A stretch of DNA of 64,000 nt from Sphagnum compactum (taxonomy: Eukaryota): positions 6,758,001-6,822,000 of the forward strand of contig OZ234494.1 in NCBI GenBank assembly GCA_965153455.1, in the 5' to 3' direction. The notes beneath the pieces are model-generated. The model had not been told where the DNA came from. It made no database searches and saw nothing but the letters and a program-made list of their open reading frames with translations. The position numbers and the translations under genes were made by a program. Below, piece by piece: positions 1 to 13,059 of the stretch (position 1 is its first letter; each line of letters begins with the position of its first letter).

Positions 1-359
1 ACAAGATTATAAATAATGATATGGTTTAGGGTTTCCACTTTATATAGTCAACTAAGGTTTTTGCAGCCCTTTCATTTTTTGGACTACCCAATTTTTGAAC
101 TTTGGTCCTTTGATATATTATAAAAAACCTTTTTTTTATTATGTTCTTTAACATTTTTTATTCACCCATATTTGTACATCTTTTTATCAATATAGTATTT
201 TCCTCTAGTCACATTTGTTTGATGAGTATATGATTACTTATATATGTCTTCTTTTTCATAGTCTTCTTAGTACTTTAGATGTAAGAATCAAAACTTAAAT
301 AGGCTCATATGAATATGTAACATTAATTTGTTTAGGGTTTACAAAGATCGAAATGAACA

Positions 360-1290
360 TTGTGCAATACCTACATCCTTTCTATTATAATTTCCATAAG
401 GCCATTTCAAATATGCAATACCCACATGTAGGTCTCGTAAATAGTTGCTGGTTTTTTTAATCCATTGTAATACCTGCATATAGTTCTTGTAAATATTTGC
501 TGGTTTTTTTAACATCCATAATACTCACATATAGGTCTAATAGTTGATTTTTTTAACATCCATTACAACACCCCCATATAGGTCCATAAATAGTTGCTAA
601 TTTTTAACATATTTTGCCATACTTGCATATAGGTTTCCATTGTAATATTTATGGAACTCATATGAGAGAATAATTTAGTTTAAGTATCAACAAATAATGT
701 CATAATTAAAGAATTACTAAAAATTTATTTTAAATAATGTAAATGATTGATTATCATATTTAAACAATCATTTATTTCTTAATAATTAACTGATTATTTG
801 GTTGAACTTTAATTATTCTGATAATTAAAATTTAGATCTAAAAGTGAAATCAATAATTTAATATTTAATTTATTATCTTAATTATATTTTTTATGTTAAT
901 AAGTTATTCAAATCATTATTTTAGATAACTATTCATGATAATTAATTGTCATAAAATTAATTTAGGTATATAATGAGACATATTTTGGGTACCCAAACCA
1001 CTTATTTTGAAGTGACCTTACATGTGGGTATTGCATTTAGGGTTGATTATTCACCTAAGGTTGTCTAAATCACCTATGGATTATTTCAAAATGAACTTGC
1101 ATGAAGGTATTGCATATAAGCTTTGGTTTTCATTGAAAGGCCATCCAAACTATATACTAGATATTTTGAAATGACCCTACATGTGGGTATTGCATTTAGG
1201 GTTGGGTTTACACCTCAGGTTACCTAAATTACCTAAAGGTTATATCAAAACAAACTTGAATATGGGTATTGCATTTAGGAAAACGTAAAA
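360..1290. repeat. Foldback-like arrangement: degenerate ~55-bp tandem units, an AT-rich spacer, then inverted copies of the unit core
   Basis: ATGCAATACCCACATGTAGG (413-432) is the exact reverse complement of CCTACATGTGGGTATTGCAT (1176-1195). Related units recur at ~415-640 (+) and ~1015-1280 (-). Confidence 0.6.
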
Positions 1291-2539
1291 AAAAAGGTAT
1301 ATGTTTTACCATTTGGTAATATTTCCAAGTTAAGTTTTTTCATTTTTAAAAAATATATATAAAATGACATTGCATTGTTTTACATATGTTTAAGCCTTAA
1401 AAATTTCACCCAAAATGCACCTTAGATTTATTTTAATTATTGTAGACTTATAAAAAAATGTTAATTAATTTATATGTCCTAAACTCTAAACCTAAACCAT
1501 AATTCTAACATTAAGTAATAAATTTTACATTAAACCCTAACCCCTTGTATCATCAATGTGATCAATTTTGCATTATGTTCATTTTTATATATGTTAAATC
1601 ATACTATAAGTGAATAAATAATTTTGAAAACATGAATTTAATGATGTATTGGCAGGGAATCAAATATTTAAAAAATATTTTTATGTTTCATGGTGAATGA
1701 ATTATCACAATATGATATGGGTATTGCATTTAAACAAAAGTGGTTAAGAAATATTGAACTTTAATAATTATGAAACATATGCAAACAAAGGAGATTCATA
1801 ATTATGTTATAGATCTAAACAAATGATAAAATCAAAAACCAATACAATGAACAAAGTCTAGAGTATAAACCTTAAGCTTTGATATATATGAACCAAATTC
1901 CTAAACATTAAATCATACGGCATAACCCTAAAAATCCAAATTATATTTTTCCATAAGCCTTATTACAACCCTAACTATACAAAGTATACAAATTATATAA
2001 TGCAAAACAAAAATATTAAAAAAAAGCATAGGAAAAAAATTTAAAAGCAAATTTAAAAGTTTTTAAACTACAAAAATTTACTAATTGAAAAAAAAACCTT
2101 AATCTTAAAAAACAATCAAATAATTTTGTAAAAAACCAAAAGAAAAGATATGTCTCTTACCTTTGTGTGATCTTTCTAAACTAATTTTTTTCGCTCTCTT
2201 TGAAAAAGATATAAAATGAAATTTTATTACTTCTAAACCCTAAAATTTAGCCTAGTTTAGGTTAATTACTATAGATTTGTGAAAAACTTGTTACTTAATT
2301 TACGTGTCCCAACTTTAAACCTAAACCATAATCCGATAGAACATACTTATAATAATTACATAAAAAGATGTACTGTAATGTCCATTCCATAAATAAATTA
2401 GGTAAACAAAATTTAGTAAAATATGAATTAGCTAAACCAAATTGGCTACAATTATGACATTTTTTTCATTATAAATTGTTTGTAATACCTACATATGGGG
2501 ACCTATGTTCATCATCCATGAATTAGGGCGAACCTTGAT

Positions 2540-3280
2540 AAATTGATAGGTAGGATTGGGGGCTAGGGGGTGGGAAAAGTGAATAGGTAATTGGTTAGAT
2601 ATTTGGTTATGTAAAAAACATAGGTAGGTAGGTGAACATAATGGTAGGTAGGAAGGTGGGTGAATAGGTAGGTAAGTAGGTATATAAATAGGTAGTTGGG
2701 TTAGTAGGCAAGTTAATAAGTAGAAAGGAAGTTCAAGGAGCAAGGTAGATAGGTTACTAGAGTAGGTAGGTAAGTAGGTATATAGGTAGGTAGTTGGGTT
2801 AGTAGGCAAGTTAGTAAGTAGAAAGGAAGTTCAAGGAACAAGGAAGATAGGTTACTAAAGTAGGTAAGCATGTAGATATGCATGTAGGTAGGCAAGTTAG
2901 TAGGTAGGAAGAAAGTTACACTAGTAAGGTAACTAAGTAGATAGACAAGTTAGTACGTAAGAAACAAGTTACCTTATCAAGGTGACTAGGTTTGTAGAGT
3001 ATTTATGTCAATAGGGTGGTTGTGTATACAGGGTTGCTAAATAATAATGTAATTAGGTCAATAGGGTAGATAGTTAGTACAATGATTAAGTCAATAAGGT
3101 ATGTAGTTAACAAGGTAGCTAGGTTAGTAAGGTAAGTAGTTAGTATAGTAGTTAGGTCAGTAAGATAACTAGTTATTAAGGTAGCTATGTTAGTAAGGGA
3201 TAATTAGTAAGGTACCAAGGTTGATACAATATTTATGTCAGTTGGGTGAGCAGGGTAGCTATGTGTGAGCTAAGGTCCAG
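2540..3280. repeat. TAGG/TAAG-rich, C-poor low-complexity satellite with an internal 98-bp tandem duplication
   Basis: Many GTAGGTAG/GTTAGTA motifs. The block GGTAAGTAGGTATATA...GAAAGGAAGTTCAAGG...GATAGGTTACTA starts at both 2671 and 2769. Confidence 0.85.
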
Positions 3281-3384
3281 AAAAAAACAACAAAGAATAA
3301 ACCAAAAAAAAAGAAGTACAGTGGTCAGCAATGAAAAGAAATGGATTGTGATGAACCCCATCTGATGCCGAATGAAAAAACGCA

Positions 3385-3445
3385 GCCCATCCAGTGGACA
3401 GAACGGCCAACTGGTGCATTGGTGGCTGCTGGTTCACTCTGGCCC
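3385..3445. mobile_element. Orphan end (TIR) of the MITE family seen intact at 56390-56774
   Basis: CATCCAGTGGA...GTGCATTGGTGGCTGCTGGTTCACTCTGGCC closely matches CATCCAGTGGA...GTGCACTGGTGGGTGCTGGTTCACTATGGCC at 56731-56774. Confidence 0.7.
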
Positions 3446-5393
3446 TCAATCAGGTTCAGGGTAACGAGACTTGCAGGATCAAACTTTTGGTTCCATGACC
3501 TGGTGTCAAAAATTTTCAACTGTGGGGAGGGTTAGGTACATAAGCATTTGACAATTTTACATGGCTCAAGGGGAAGGGATGAACTGCAGCCCAAGGAAAT
3601 CACATTTATCGCCCCACACAACCAATCCAGATTCTACAGTTATCACATTCTGTGCACGTTGCAATCTTGAAAAAAGTCCTTCCTTGTGTTGACGTATGTA
3701 GACAAATTAATCTGTTGGTTCTGCATGTGTTATGATGTGGGCCACGTGTTTCTTGGCATCTTGACTTTGACCTCTATTTCAAAGTTCTCCAGTTCTCTTT
3801 CTTTGGTAGGTAGTGGATGATGACAAGGAAGGTTGAAAAAGTTTGTGAAAAGCCCAAGAGAACAAGGAAATAGAAAATGGAGTAATGAGAAGTTGAAAAG
3901 AGAACACGGAGATGGAAACTAGAGTTGGTAAAAGTGAAGAGAATAATAAGGAGAAGCCACACATAAAAGGACTCTTCAGACCCAAAAATGGAGTTACAAA
4001 AAGTCAAAGAGATAAAAGGACAAGTTTAAGCTATGGAAGAAAATAATCATCATCATTAGATTCTGAAAGTCAAAGACAACAAAGACAAGTTAGGCTACTC
4101 CTTGCTTGCATCCACATATCTAGCTAAGAAATAAAGAAGCAGCTCATGGCCTTTTATGGCTTTTGCTCTACATGGCAGTTCAAAAACAATATCATGAGAA
4201 ACAGCTGCAAACATCCCACTTATTGCACTTGCTCTGGGTAGCTGACCCTATTTATTGCAATTGAAAAATTCTCTTGATACAAAAATATTTCTTGCTGAAG
4301 TTTGGTACATAGCACCTATGCTATTATTGGAGAGTAAAAAAATTAATTGAATGTGCAAATACAATACAGACGTGAAAATCTCTGATTTACAATAAGTAGA
4401 TATAATCTCAGATCACCATTTCTCATTTACCCCATGAATGCACACTTCATTGCATGGAAAAACGATCTAAGGCACTCAATCAGTGCATGCCCAGACCTTA
4501 CCATTGCTCACATTGTACCCAAGATTACTATTTCACAAGACCCTAATTATACTCAAGATTACTATTTCACACCTTTTACCCAATGATTTTTTCTTCAATT
4601 TTTTGATGTAATACATGCGTACCAAGATGTGTTGCACACATCTTGGCTTCATCCCCATATTGTGCAAAGAGAGCAAAGGATAGCACCCTTAGCTCTCTAG
4701 GTCTCATGACTTTGTGAGGTATGACTTTATGAGGTTTAAGTTGTTACCGTGTCTTATTTTGTCATGGCAGACCTACAGCCCACACTGTTGACTTCCACTC
4801 CACACATAAAAGTCATGTGAACAGTAACAAGGACTTTCAGTACATCATGTACTACATCCATGACAAATAGCATATCATCAAGTGCCACATTAAACCAAAG
4901 GAATGGACTGCCAGGAGAGAAAAACAGTGTAAGAATGTGAACAAAAAATCATAGCATCAACCTAAATCTTACACTTAAACAAAATTTCAGATGCACAACT
5001 AACAGTCAGAGATCAGGCCAATGACCTGTTGGACCTGAAAACCCAAACTCAACTTTCAAAGTTGTAAACTTTGACTCTGGCATCTGTGGTGAGATTACTC
5101 AACATCAAATACTGCTACAAATGATTTGAAACAATGCGAATTTAAAGTTTTAAGTACTCAGCCTCAATGCAAAATTTGACAAGGACACTTTCTGTGGTGT
5201 GTTGGCTATATACTGGAACCCTGCATAGATGCCTCAAATCAGAAGGAGACCTTATCCATGCTATCCCAGAACCTTTGCTCAGGTCCCTGGAAGGCCTCAC
5301 TTCACAAATACAATAAATTCGACCTACAGCAAACCAAGCATATGAATGCTAGAAAGAACTGAAGGAACAACATGCCAAGACACAAATGGGATC

Positions 5394-7676
5394 CTAAAAG
5401 CCGAAGAGTCCAATCTCACTGGCCCGTTCCTTATCAAAGGTTTCAAAGTATTGGTAGATGATGGTGACAGCTAATAGAATTCCTGTGCCTGATCCAATTG
5501 CGCCCATGAAATCAGCCACCACTGTCAGAGCTCCAATACACATTCCCCCAAACGCAGCAGCAGTTGGAATATACCGGTTCAACTCCTTCTGCAAGTTGGA
5601 CTCACGATGCCCTGGCATCACCATCTGTTGCTCCTGTTTGTGCACAAACAATAGATGGTGTCAATTGTCACTTGTAATGAAGCTATAAACTACACTTCAC
5701 ATCCCAAAAACTGGACAGTCAACAGACCAACTAGCAGGTGTATGATCTGTCTCAATTTCCTGGGTTCATGTCTGTTTGATGACATAGTGGACAACTTGTT
5801 CAGGTTCATACTAACTCTTTAAAGTTCCATACCTTGAGCTGCCTAGCAACATCACGTGCTGATGATCCCGAGACTTCGATCCATGTCTTGGAGAAGAGTG
5901 CACAAGCCGTGAGCATGAATGTCAAATAGAAGAGAGCATGGAAGGGGTTGGCAGCAATATCTCCAAAACTGCACATTAACGAACCACGCTTGGAGAACCA
6001 GTCCACAAATGTTCCTTACGTACGTTCACTGTGGTTGAAGAGGTCAACCAGAAAGTAGTCATAACTCCAAAGAGCTGAGATGGCAAAAGCAAGTAATTCA
6101 ATTGCAGAGCTGAATATTACCTCGTAGGAGCTGTAATGTAGTACACCAGGCCACCAACAGGAATGAGCTGACCACTTTGTGAATACTCTGATTCCTTCCA
6201 CTTGCCAAGAAGGTTCACAACGAAGTTTGTACTGTATCTCTTGTATAACAACTGCAACCATTTTCCAATGTGCATGGTGTAAGCCACAAGAAAGCTTGAA
6301 AGGAGCACTTGCTCAATAAATAGGTGTTTTCTCCTTTTGGAACTCTACTAAATTGCTTATCACAACTCTCTATTTGAGGATATAAAATCACTGGTTAGGA
6401 ACCTGTGAGATGAAGTAGAGGTTGGTCACGAGAGCACTCTGAAGGATAATAGGCATGTTGGAGGTATAGAACAGCTTGATAGGGTATGATCCCTGTTGCC
6501 CACGAGCGCTTTTTGATCGAACAGGAAGAACCACTCGGAAGCCTTGAAAGTAGATAACGATCAAAAACACCAGCACAGTGGCCAACAGGTTGGTCACATT
6601 TGGCAGGTTTTGTCGGTAAAATGCCTCTTTCAATGCTCGAACCTTGTCAGTCCTTGTAATTAGAAGATGAAAAAGAGCAATGACAGCACCCTCAAATTCT
6701 GCTCCTCGCCCACTGTTGATGGTGGTCGGGCTGAAAGCCTTCCAGATGATGTTCTCACTGTCAAAACAACATTTGATTTGTCAACACAACATATACATTG
6801 TTATTATCTGAATTTCAATCTAAATGCACAATAGAACCTCCTATGCAGATGGGCTCTTTTAAAGCTTACCAAATATTGGTGGCAATGAAAAGTGAAATGC
6901 CAGAGCCAAGGCCATAACCCTTCTGTAACAACTCATCCAAACATATGACTATGATTCCAGCAAAGAAAAGCTGCACAATTATGAGAATGGCATTGCCAGC
7001 TCCCAAATCACGCACATTTCCATACATGCCCGACAAAACATATGCCACTGCCTCCCCAATTGTGATCAACACACCTAGCAACTTCTGTGCACCATTCCTG
7101 CCCACAATCCATCACCAGTCCCAATCAGAACTGTGCACCATTCCTGCCAACAATCCATCACCAGTCCTGATCAGAACTATGGTGTACCCATGGACATGTT
7201 TGATTGAAGGGTCATCATGCAGGCCAAACAAGGAATGTGCTACCTATCTGCCCTCAACTATTTGTCTGTGGGAAGGAGGGGAGCTGCCTGAGATCCTTGA
7301 GAAGGCTATGAGGTGGGTAGAGAGATACTTACAAAAGGGCGCGGTCCTCCCTGACACTGTTGTCAACCTCAATGAGCTTAGAACCAGCAAGGAGCTGCAT
7401 GACAAGCCCTGATGTAACAATCGGAGTAATGCCAAGCTCCATAACCGTGCCTCGATTGGATGCAAGAATCATACGCATCCAGTAGAAAGGATCGGATCCA
7501 GTGGCCGAGTGAATACCATAGAGTGGCAGCTGACTGCAAACCAAAAAGATGAAAAGGGAAACTATAGTATACATCACTTTCTCTCTGAACGGGACCTTCC
7601 TGTCTGCTGTTTGAACCTCTGGCAAAAATGATAGAAACGGCCTGACAAGGTGTAGAACCCTGAAACCGCCTGCCAT
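5394..7676 (-). CDS. SEC61A: Protein transport protein Sec61 subunit alpha (SecY family), ~477 aa, 6 coding exons
   Basis: Exons 7676-7333, 7097-6870, 6757-6403, 6251-6121, 5968-5833 and 5633-5394. All introns are GT-AG and the phases join (1434 nt). Hallmark sequences: [71 protein letters not shown]. Confidence 0.97.
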
Positions 7677-7832
7677 CTTGAAGCCTTTTTTGTGTCCCGC
7701 TCAACTGTGTGTATTGGTAATCGTCGGCAGAAACCCCGTTGTCGAGCCCTGCCCTAAACCAAAGGAGCTAGCGTCCACCCGACAAAAGAACAGATCGTCG
7801 TTGATACACAGCCTCTTCCTTGCTTGCGGTAC

Positions 7833-7855
7833 AATATATATATATATATATATAT
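7833..7855. repeat. (TA)n microsatellite in the probable SEC61A 5' UTR intron
   Basis: Run of TA dinucleotides. A minus-strand acceptor (cacacag|) lies at ~7705, just upstream of the ATG. Confidence 0.85.
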
Positions 7856-9462
7856 ACGCGACGCTGTTCTCCAAATTGGAGTAGTTGTCCTTATTCCAGC
7901 GATGCCGGCAGAAACCTCGTCCTCTCCACACACTGCACACAGAGTACAACAAAAAAGTTAATTCTCTCTTTCTCTCTCTCGATAGGTACACATTCCGAAC
8001 TCGGTTCCTTAAGCCAAACGGACACAGAAAAAAAAATGGTCTCACATTCTAGACGCTATGTACAGCCAAGACGAGAAGCAATTACAAAAAGACAAGCTTC
8101 AAGGTGAAATGCGGCTACCACAAAAACTCCTCACAAGCTCTCTCGAGTAAGCACCAAACTCAACGATCCAGACATCAAAACTTGCACAAGAGCTAGTAGA
8201 TCTCGTTTCTCATCTCCCAGAATTCCGATAAACATACCGAAATGCAAGAAAAGTAGGAAAACCGAGACCGCATCTGAAGGTTTATGCATCAACCAAGACC
8301 ATCTCTGCGCGACACATGCTGAGCGATTTCTCTTCGTTTCTTCTTCTTCCTCTCGTGTCCTGACTCCTGACCAGTTCCCCACAACAGGCTTGGGGAACTT
8401 ATGGGAACATGTTCTCACATTCCAAACACTCTTTGACGCTTTGTTGCAAATGTTCTCCATACAGGATTACCGGAGTTTGCGAACTTCGTTGAGTTCTCAT
8501 TCAGAAGTTCTCAGAGTTCCCCGTTGAGTCAACACGTTCCAGACTCGATCTACTTTGTTGCCATTTTATTCTTCATTGGTGGGTTGACTGCAGTATACCT
8601 TCAGCAGAGTGGATGGATGAATGGTGGCGCAAGGAATGAAATACAGCTGCCTGTCCTTTTTGGGATGAGAAAAAATCATCTGTACATGACGAACATCCAA
8701 CACCGTGTTGCCATATTCGTTCCCCAGCTTTCGACGTGTTGTCACATGCATTCTCCAGTCCGCATCACCGGAGTTCGCTACGTCCCTAGAATTCTCACCG
8801 GGATGTTTCTAGAGTTCTCTGTTTCGTTCCCAAGTTCGACAGTCGACCTACCTTGTTCCCATGCTCCTAAACTATTGGTGAGTTGACCGGAGAAGAGTTA
8901 TCAACGCGAATGGATGACACACAGGCTGATCCTCGTTTTGGATGACAAACCATCTGTAAATGAGGATCATCCAAGACGGGTGCTGTGAGATTGGATCCAT
9001 GAACCATCGGACATGTGCAGTGCCGTTCTGTGAGATAGGAGACAGTGAGCAAAATGAACCTTACTCTCACAAGCTTGTTGCAACCTGTATGAGGATCTAA
9101 CATTGATTTTTCTGATCAGCTCTATGTCTTTGTTGAATGAGAGCTAAGCTGACATCATGACTGACTCTTCCAGTTGCCTCTGGACGTGTTGTAGCAGCAG
9201 ATTGGTTCTAGGTTGTCAGGAAAAGGTTGAATGTTTTTGGAACTCCATTTTCAGACATTCATACAAGCCGCAAGAAATTTATGGAACACACAAACAGCAC
9301 AAATCTGTGTATGTCCATGTTTGTCACTGGGATGATGTGTTACAAAATTGAAATGAAGACTTGCTCAAATTGCAGTCTCAAGTTTGCTCGTAAACTTTCT
9401 GGCAAAAAGAAACATTAATGTAGACATAAAATTGCTGAAAACCTAGAAATAAATTTACTGCA

Positions 9463-12400
9463 TTAGCGTGCAAATTGAGCAGCGGCAGCATCCAAGGACT
9501 CTCTTGGTACAAGGGTCAAAAACTCATCCACCTTCTCCCGTGCAGCCTGTGAACAAGACAGTCAATGTCTAAAGAATGTCAGTGTTAGAAAACAAAAACC
9601 TTAAGTTTTAGATCCTTAACCCAATGATCAGAACTGTTGCGCATAGCACTGCAGTCCCACAAACAGACTACCATTTCGTTAGACGTATAATGGGACTAAG
9701 GATCACTCCTGTTAACCACACACAGCACTAGAGAATTTTTCAAAAGTTTCTGTAGAAATTGAGCTTGCCTTAACAGATTGAACACTGAATTTGAGGAACT
9801 CCATCCTGCACAGTATAAGTTGCATTAGCCCTACCATAGTATTGCAGTAAGAACCAACTTTGATGATTACTAACTAAATCTTCTGGCATCCAACACACCA
9901 TACTTGAACAGAATATGAAAATCATGTCTTCAGACAGTGACTGGGGAATCTGTCATGTGTTGCAATATAATCGTAACTTCCAATGGGTGATGATATACAT
10001 TCTCTGACAGTGAACCAATTCCTTTAGCTTCATCTAGTTAGAAGACAAACTAACAGAAAGAAAGTGTAAAAAATGATTACTGTTGTGCAGCGGTAGGCTT
10101 CCCATAACTTTCAAAGTACTTGCTGTAATCTGCCTGCATGTTGAAAACAAAGAGTTAATTGGTGAGTAGTCATGTGGGTTCCACTTACAGACAGAGAGAT
10201 TTGTGAGAATCTGAGGACTTTATGCAAATATTCATTCATTATATTCTGTTGTGAGAAAACTTTGTTGTGTTTGTGCATCAAAGTAACAAGAGGGCAGGAA
10301 CCTGATCAAGATATTCAAAGATGCTGTAGGCTAGGGCAGAGGCTCTCTCTGCTTCATGACCATCCAGCCAGGCTGCAGCACTGCATCAATATCTCTATCA
10401 GAAAATATACTTTTGGCTGAAGCCCTCACAACCCCCCTCTTTTGTACTGTGCAAAATGACAAAAAAGAATACTAACAGCTAAGCATGAAAAATAACCTAA
10501 GGAAATTGTCCCTGATCTCCACAGGTGTTCCAGCTCTTTCAAGTTGAGTTCGAACCATTTCAACATCTGTTCAATGCAAACAAGAAGAATATGTAGAAAT
10601 ATCAGAACCAGTTGCAAAATCTTCCAATCAGAAAATACTTTAAAAGAACCATCCTCACTGAGCAGTTGAATACTATGTCAGCAGTTAGTGAGCTCAATCG
10701 CACCAGATGGGGAAGCTTCTAAGGATTTGAGTTGCTGCTGAAGTCGAAGAATAGACACCAGGTACAAAAAGAGAGGCTTTGAAGGTCTGCCTGTTGGAAA
10801 TCTTAGCTGTGCATTGAACCCACCATGAAGAGCACTGTTAGGTTTTCAGCAAAAGATTGCTTTGATATTCTAATAGACAACTAGCAACCCCAATCTGAGA
10901 ACAACCACTGACATGAATCTGGCATTATTGCTTGTCAAGACTCAATTACAAAACATGGATGAAATTCACTTACAAATGCAAGGCCAACTGCAAGGACGGT
11001 GATTCCAACACTGATCAACAAGCGCCGTGTCACAATTGCATCAGTTGTAGGCTCTGCAGCCTGTTCTCCAAAGATCCTGCCCTCTGTGGGTGCTCCTTTG
11101 GAGAAAAACAGCTCTGCCTCTGATAAACCCCACTTGTTGGGCTGTTGCTCGGGTGTACCTGTTATTGAGTCCCAATCATAAAAGTTCAATAAAATTGGAA
11201 GAACTCAATATCGTTGGAACCACTTGTGGAAGATGTGCATGAAGAACATCCTGTATTCTGGTGTTTGCAGAATGAAGGTCAAGTTTCAATCTAACCAGTG
11301 GTATTGCCAGGTCCTGAAAATATTGTCTCTCGGTAACCTGTTCCATCAATACGTTTCTCAGGAGTCATAGGTTTCAGTTTGGAGAGGTCTGTGGCATCAC
11401 GGCTGCCTCTCCGAGCTGCCAATTCTTTCCGCAAAGCTTCTGCCTCTGCCTCTGCAGCTGCCAACTGGTAGGTGCATCATGGTTGAATGATCATACTGCC
11501 AACCCTCTCTCTCTCCTCTCTCTGTCTCTCTCTCTGCCTCTCTTGAAACAAAGATGATTACAATGGCTCAGTTATAAACCAACTTTAGAAGAAAGTACCT
11601 TTGCAGTTAAGTCCTCCTTCTCATCAGGAGATGTGGCCACCGGACCCTGCAAGAGCAACAAGTTTTGTCTGTGAGCTTCCAGCTTACATAAGAAAAGGAC
11701 CTCTCAGATAAGACAGTAAATCTGTGCATATCCTCAGCATACAAGTTTATGGGAGCTCATATCTGGTTTCAGAAAATGAGAGAATTTGGCCATGCATTTC
11801 TTGCTAGCTAGTTGGTCTCAATCTTGATCTCTTGGATCTCAAGCAAACCAGCAGGGATTCACTCGACTCAAGCTCACTGTACAGGGTTTTAACATATCAA
11901 CTCCTTTTCTGGTGGTTTAGCAGTCTAGTCAGATTTAGGTATCAAGGTTTTTGTCTCTATATTTGTCATTCCTTTCATTCTCCCTAGACTTCCAGACAAT
12001 TCTCCAATCTCGTTTTACTTCTTCAAACTAACAGTAGATACCAAGATTCTCTGATACAAAGGATGATGTGTACTGACTCGCAACTGCTGATTATTATATT
12101 CCTCCACATTACAGGTCCCAGAATTGTGCTCAATTCAGATTCCTCGCAAATCCATTTCTGATGCGAGGCATGCCAGAGAAGCAGACTCCATAGAAAGAAC
12201 GGCAGACCTCAGAAAGCTTAACAATATATCATAGCTAAAAAATGCACATCACCTTCACGTCGCCAAAACCAATTCCTCCACCTCAATACGCTTCAGATTA
12301 GAGGGAGAGGACTTTTTGCAGGCGTTGGTTTTGCGGAAGAATCTTGGAAATCGAAACGGAAATAAAAAAAACACTTACGGCAGAAGTGGAGTCAGAACTA

Positions 12401-12675
12401 CTCTCATCCGAGACGGTTGCTCGAGAAAGCTGCTGCTGCTGCCGCAAGTGACGCAAGTACTTTCCGAATCCAGAAAACTTGCTTATGCCGCCTCGACTCC
12501 TGGCAACAACGAAGGTGCACGCCACAAAGCAGCACTCCCTATTCTTCACATTGCTTGAAAATCTAGAACCGCTAGTGGTGAAGGAAGCGGAAAAGCCACC
12601 GCCGTTGCTGTTACTGCTACTGGGAAGTGGCACTAGAGGAGGAACACGAATCGCTGCAATTCCACTCCTGGCCAT
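9463..12675 (-). CDS. Predicted chloroplast-targeted single-pass membrane protein of unknown function, ~374 aa, 10 exons
   Basis: Exons 12675-12379, 11646-11599, 11464-11296, 11158-10974, 10806-10704, 10566-10497, 10380-10302, 10133-10081, 9805-9769 and 9546-9463 join in phase (1125 nt, ends AAAAQFAR*). Ser/Arg-rich transit-peptide-like N-terminus, a coiled stretch (LAAAEAEAEALRKELAARR), one hydrophobic helix (RRLLISVGITVLAVGLAF) and a helical C-terminal domain. The last intron needs a GC donor. Confidence 0.82.
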
Positions 12676-12848
12676 CGCTGTTGGATCTTCTGCACCAGCA
12701 AAGGAACACTTCGTCCCCTGCACCAGCGCGCGACACTACTGCGATGGCATTGCACGAAGGGGGTTTTTCTTTTTTGTTTCCCTTGCGGGCAACGAATGCT
12801 GAGCGGAAGGAAAAAAGCGCTTGCGAAAAATAGTGGCTCCGCGTTGAG

Positions 12849-12856
12849 CCACGTGG
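12849..12856. promoter_or_regulatory. G-box (CCACGTGG) upstream of the predicted plastid-protein gene
   Basis: Perfect palindromic G-box ~175 bp upstream of the ATG at 12675. G-boxes are common in light-regulated plant promoters, but function here is inferred. Confidence 0.4.
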
Positions 12857-13059
12857 TGGTTAAGATGAGCGGAGACGAAAGGGTATTACCCGTGCACTTC
12901 TGTACATACCCGTCGGTTCTATAATGCTTCTGGGGATACCTTAAAAGTATTTTAATTACATATTCTATGATCACAATTAAAAATCATGTTTTAATACTTT
13001 ATTCAGGTTCTTTTTTAAAAATTAAAAAAAAATTAGATGTACACTAATAAGTACTCTCA

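Noticed and set aside
2489-2895. ORFs rich in PTYL repeats
   Set aside because: They are translations of the TAGG satellite, with no sign of coding function.
4622-4646. Perfect 11-bp hairpin CCAAGATGTGT-TGC-ACACATCTTGG
   Set aside because: Too short for a miRNA precursor, and bacterial-type terminators do not apply here. Probably repeat debris.
9463-12675. Initial guess of CURT1 for the plastid-protein gene
   Set aside because: The spliced product has one TM helix and a long C-terminal domain, without the two-helix CAAD domain.
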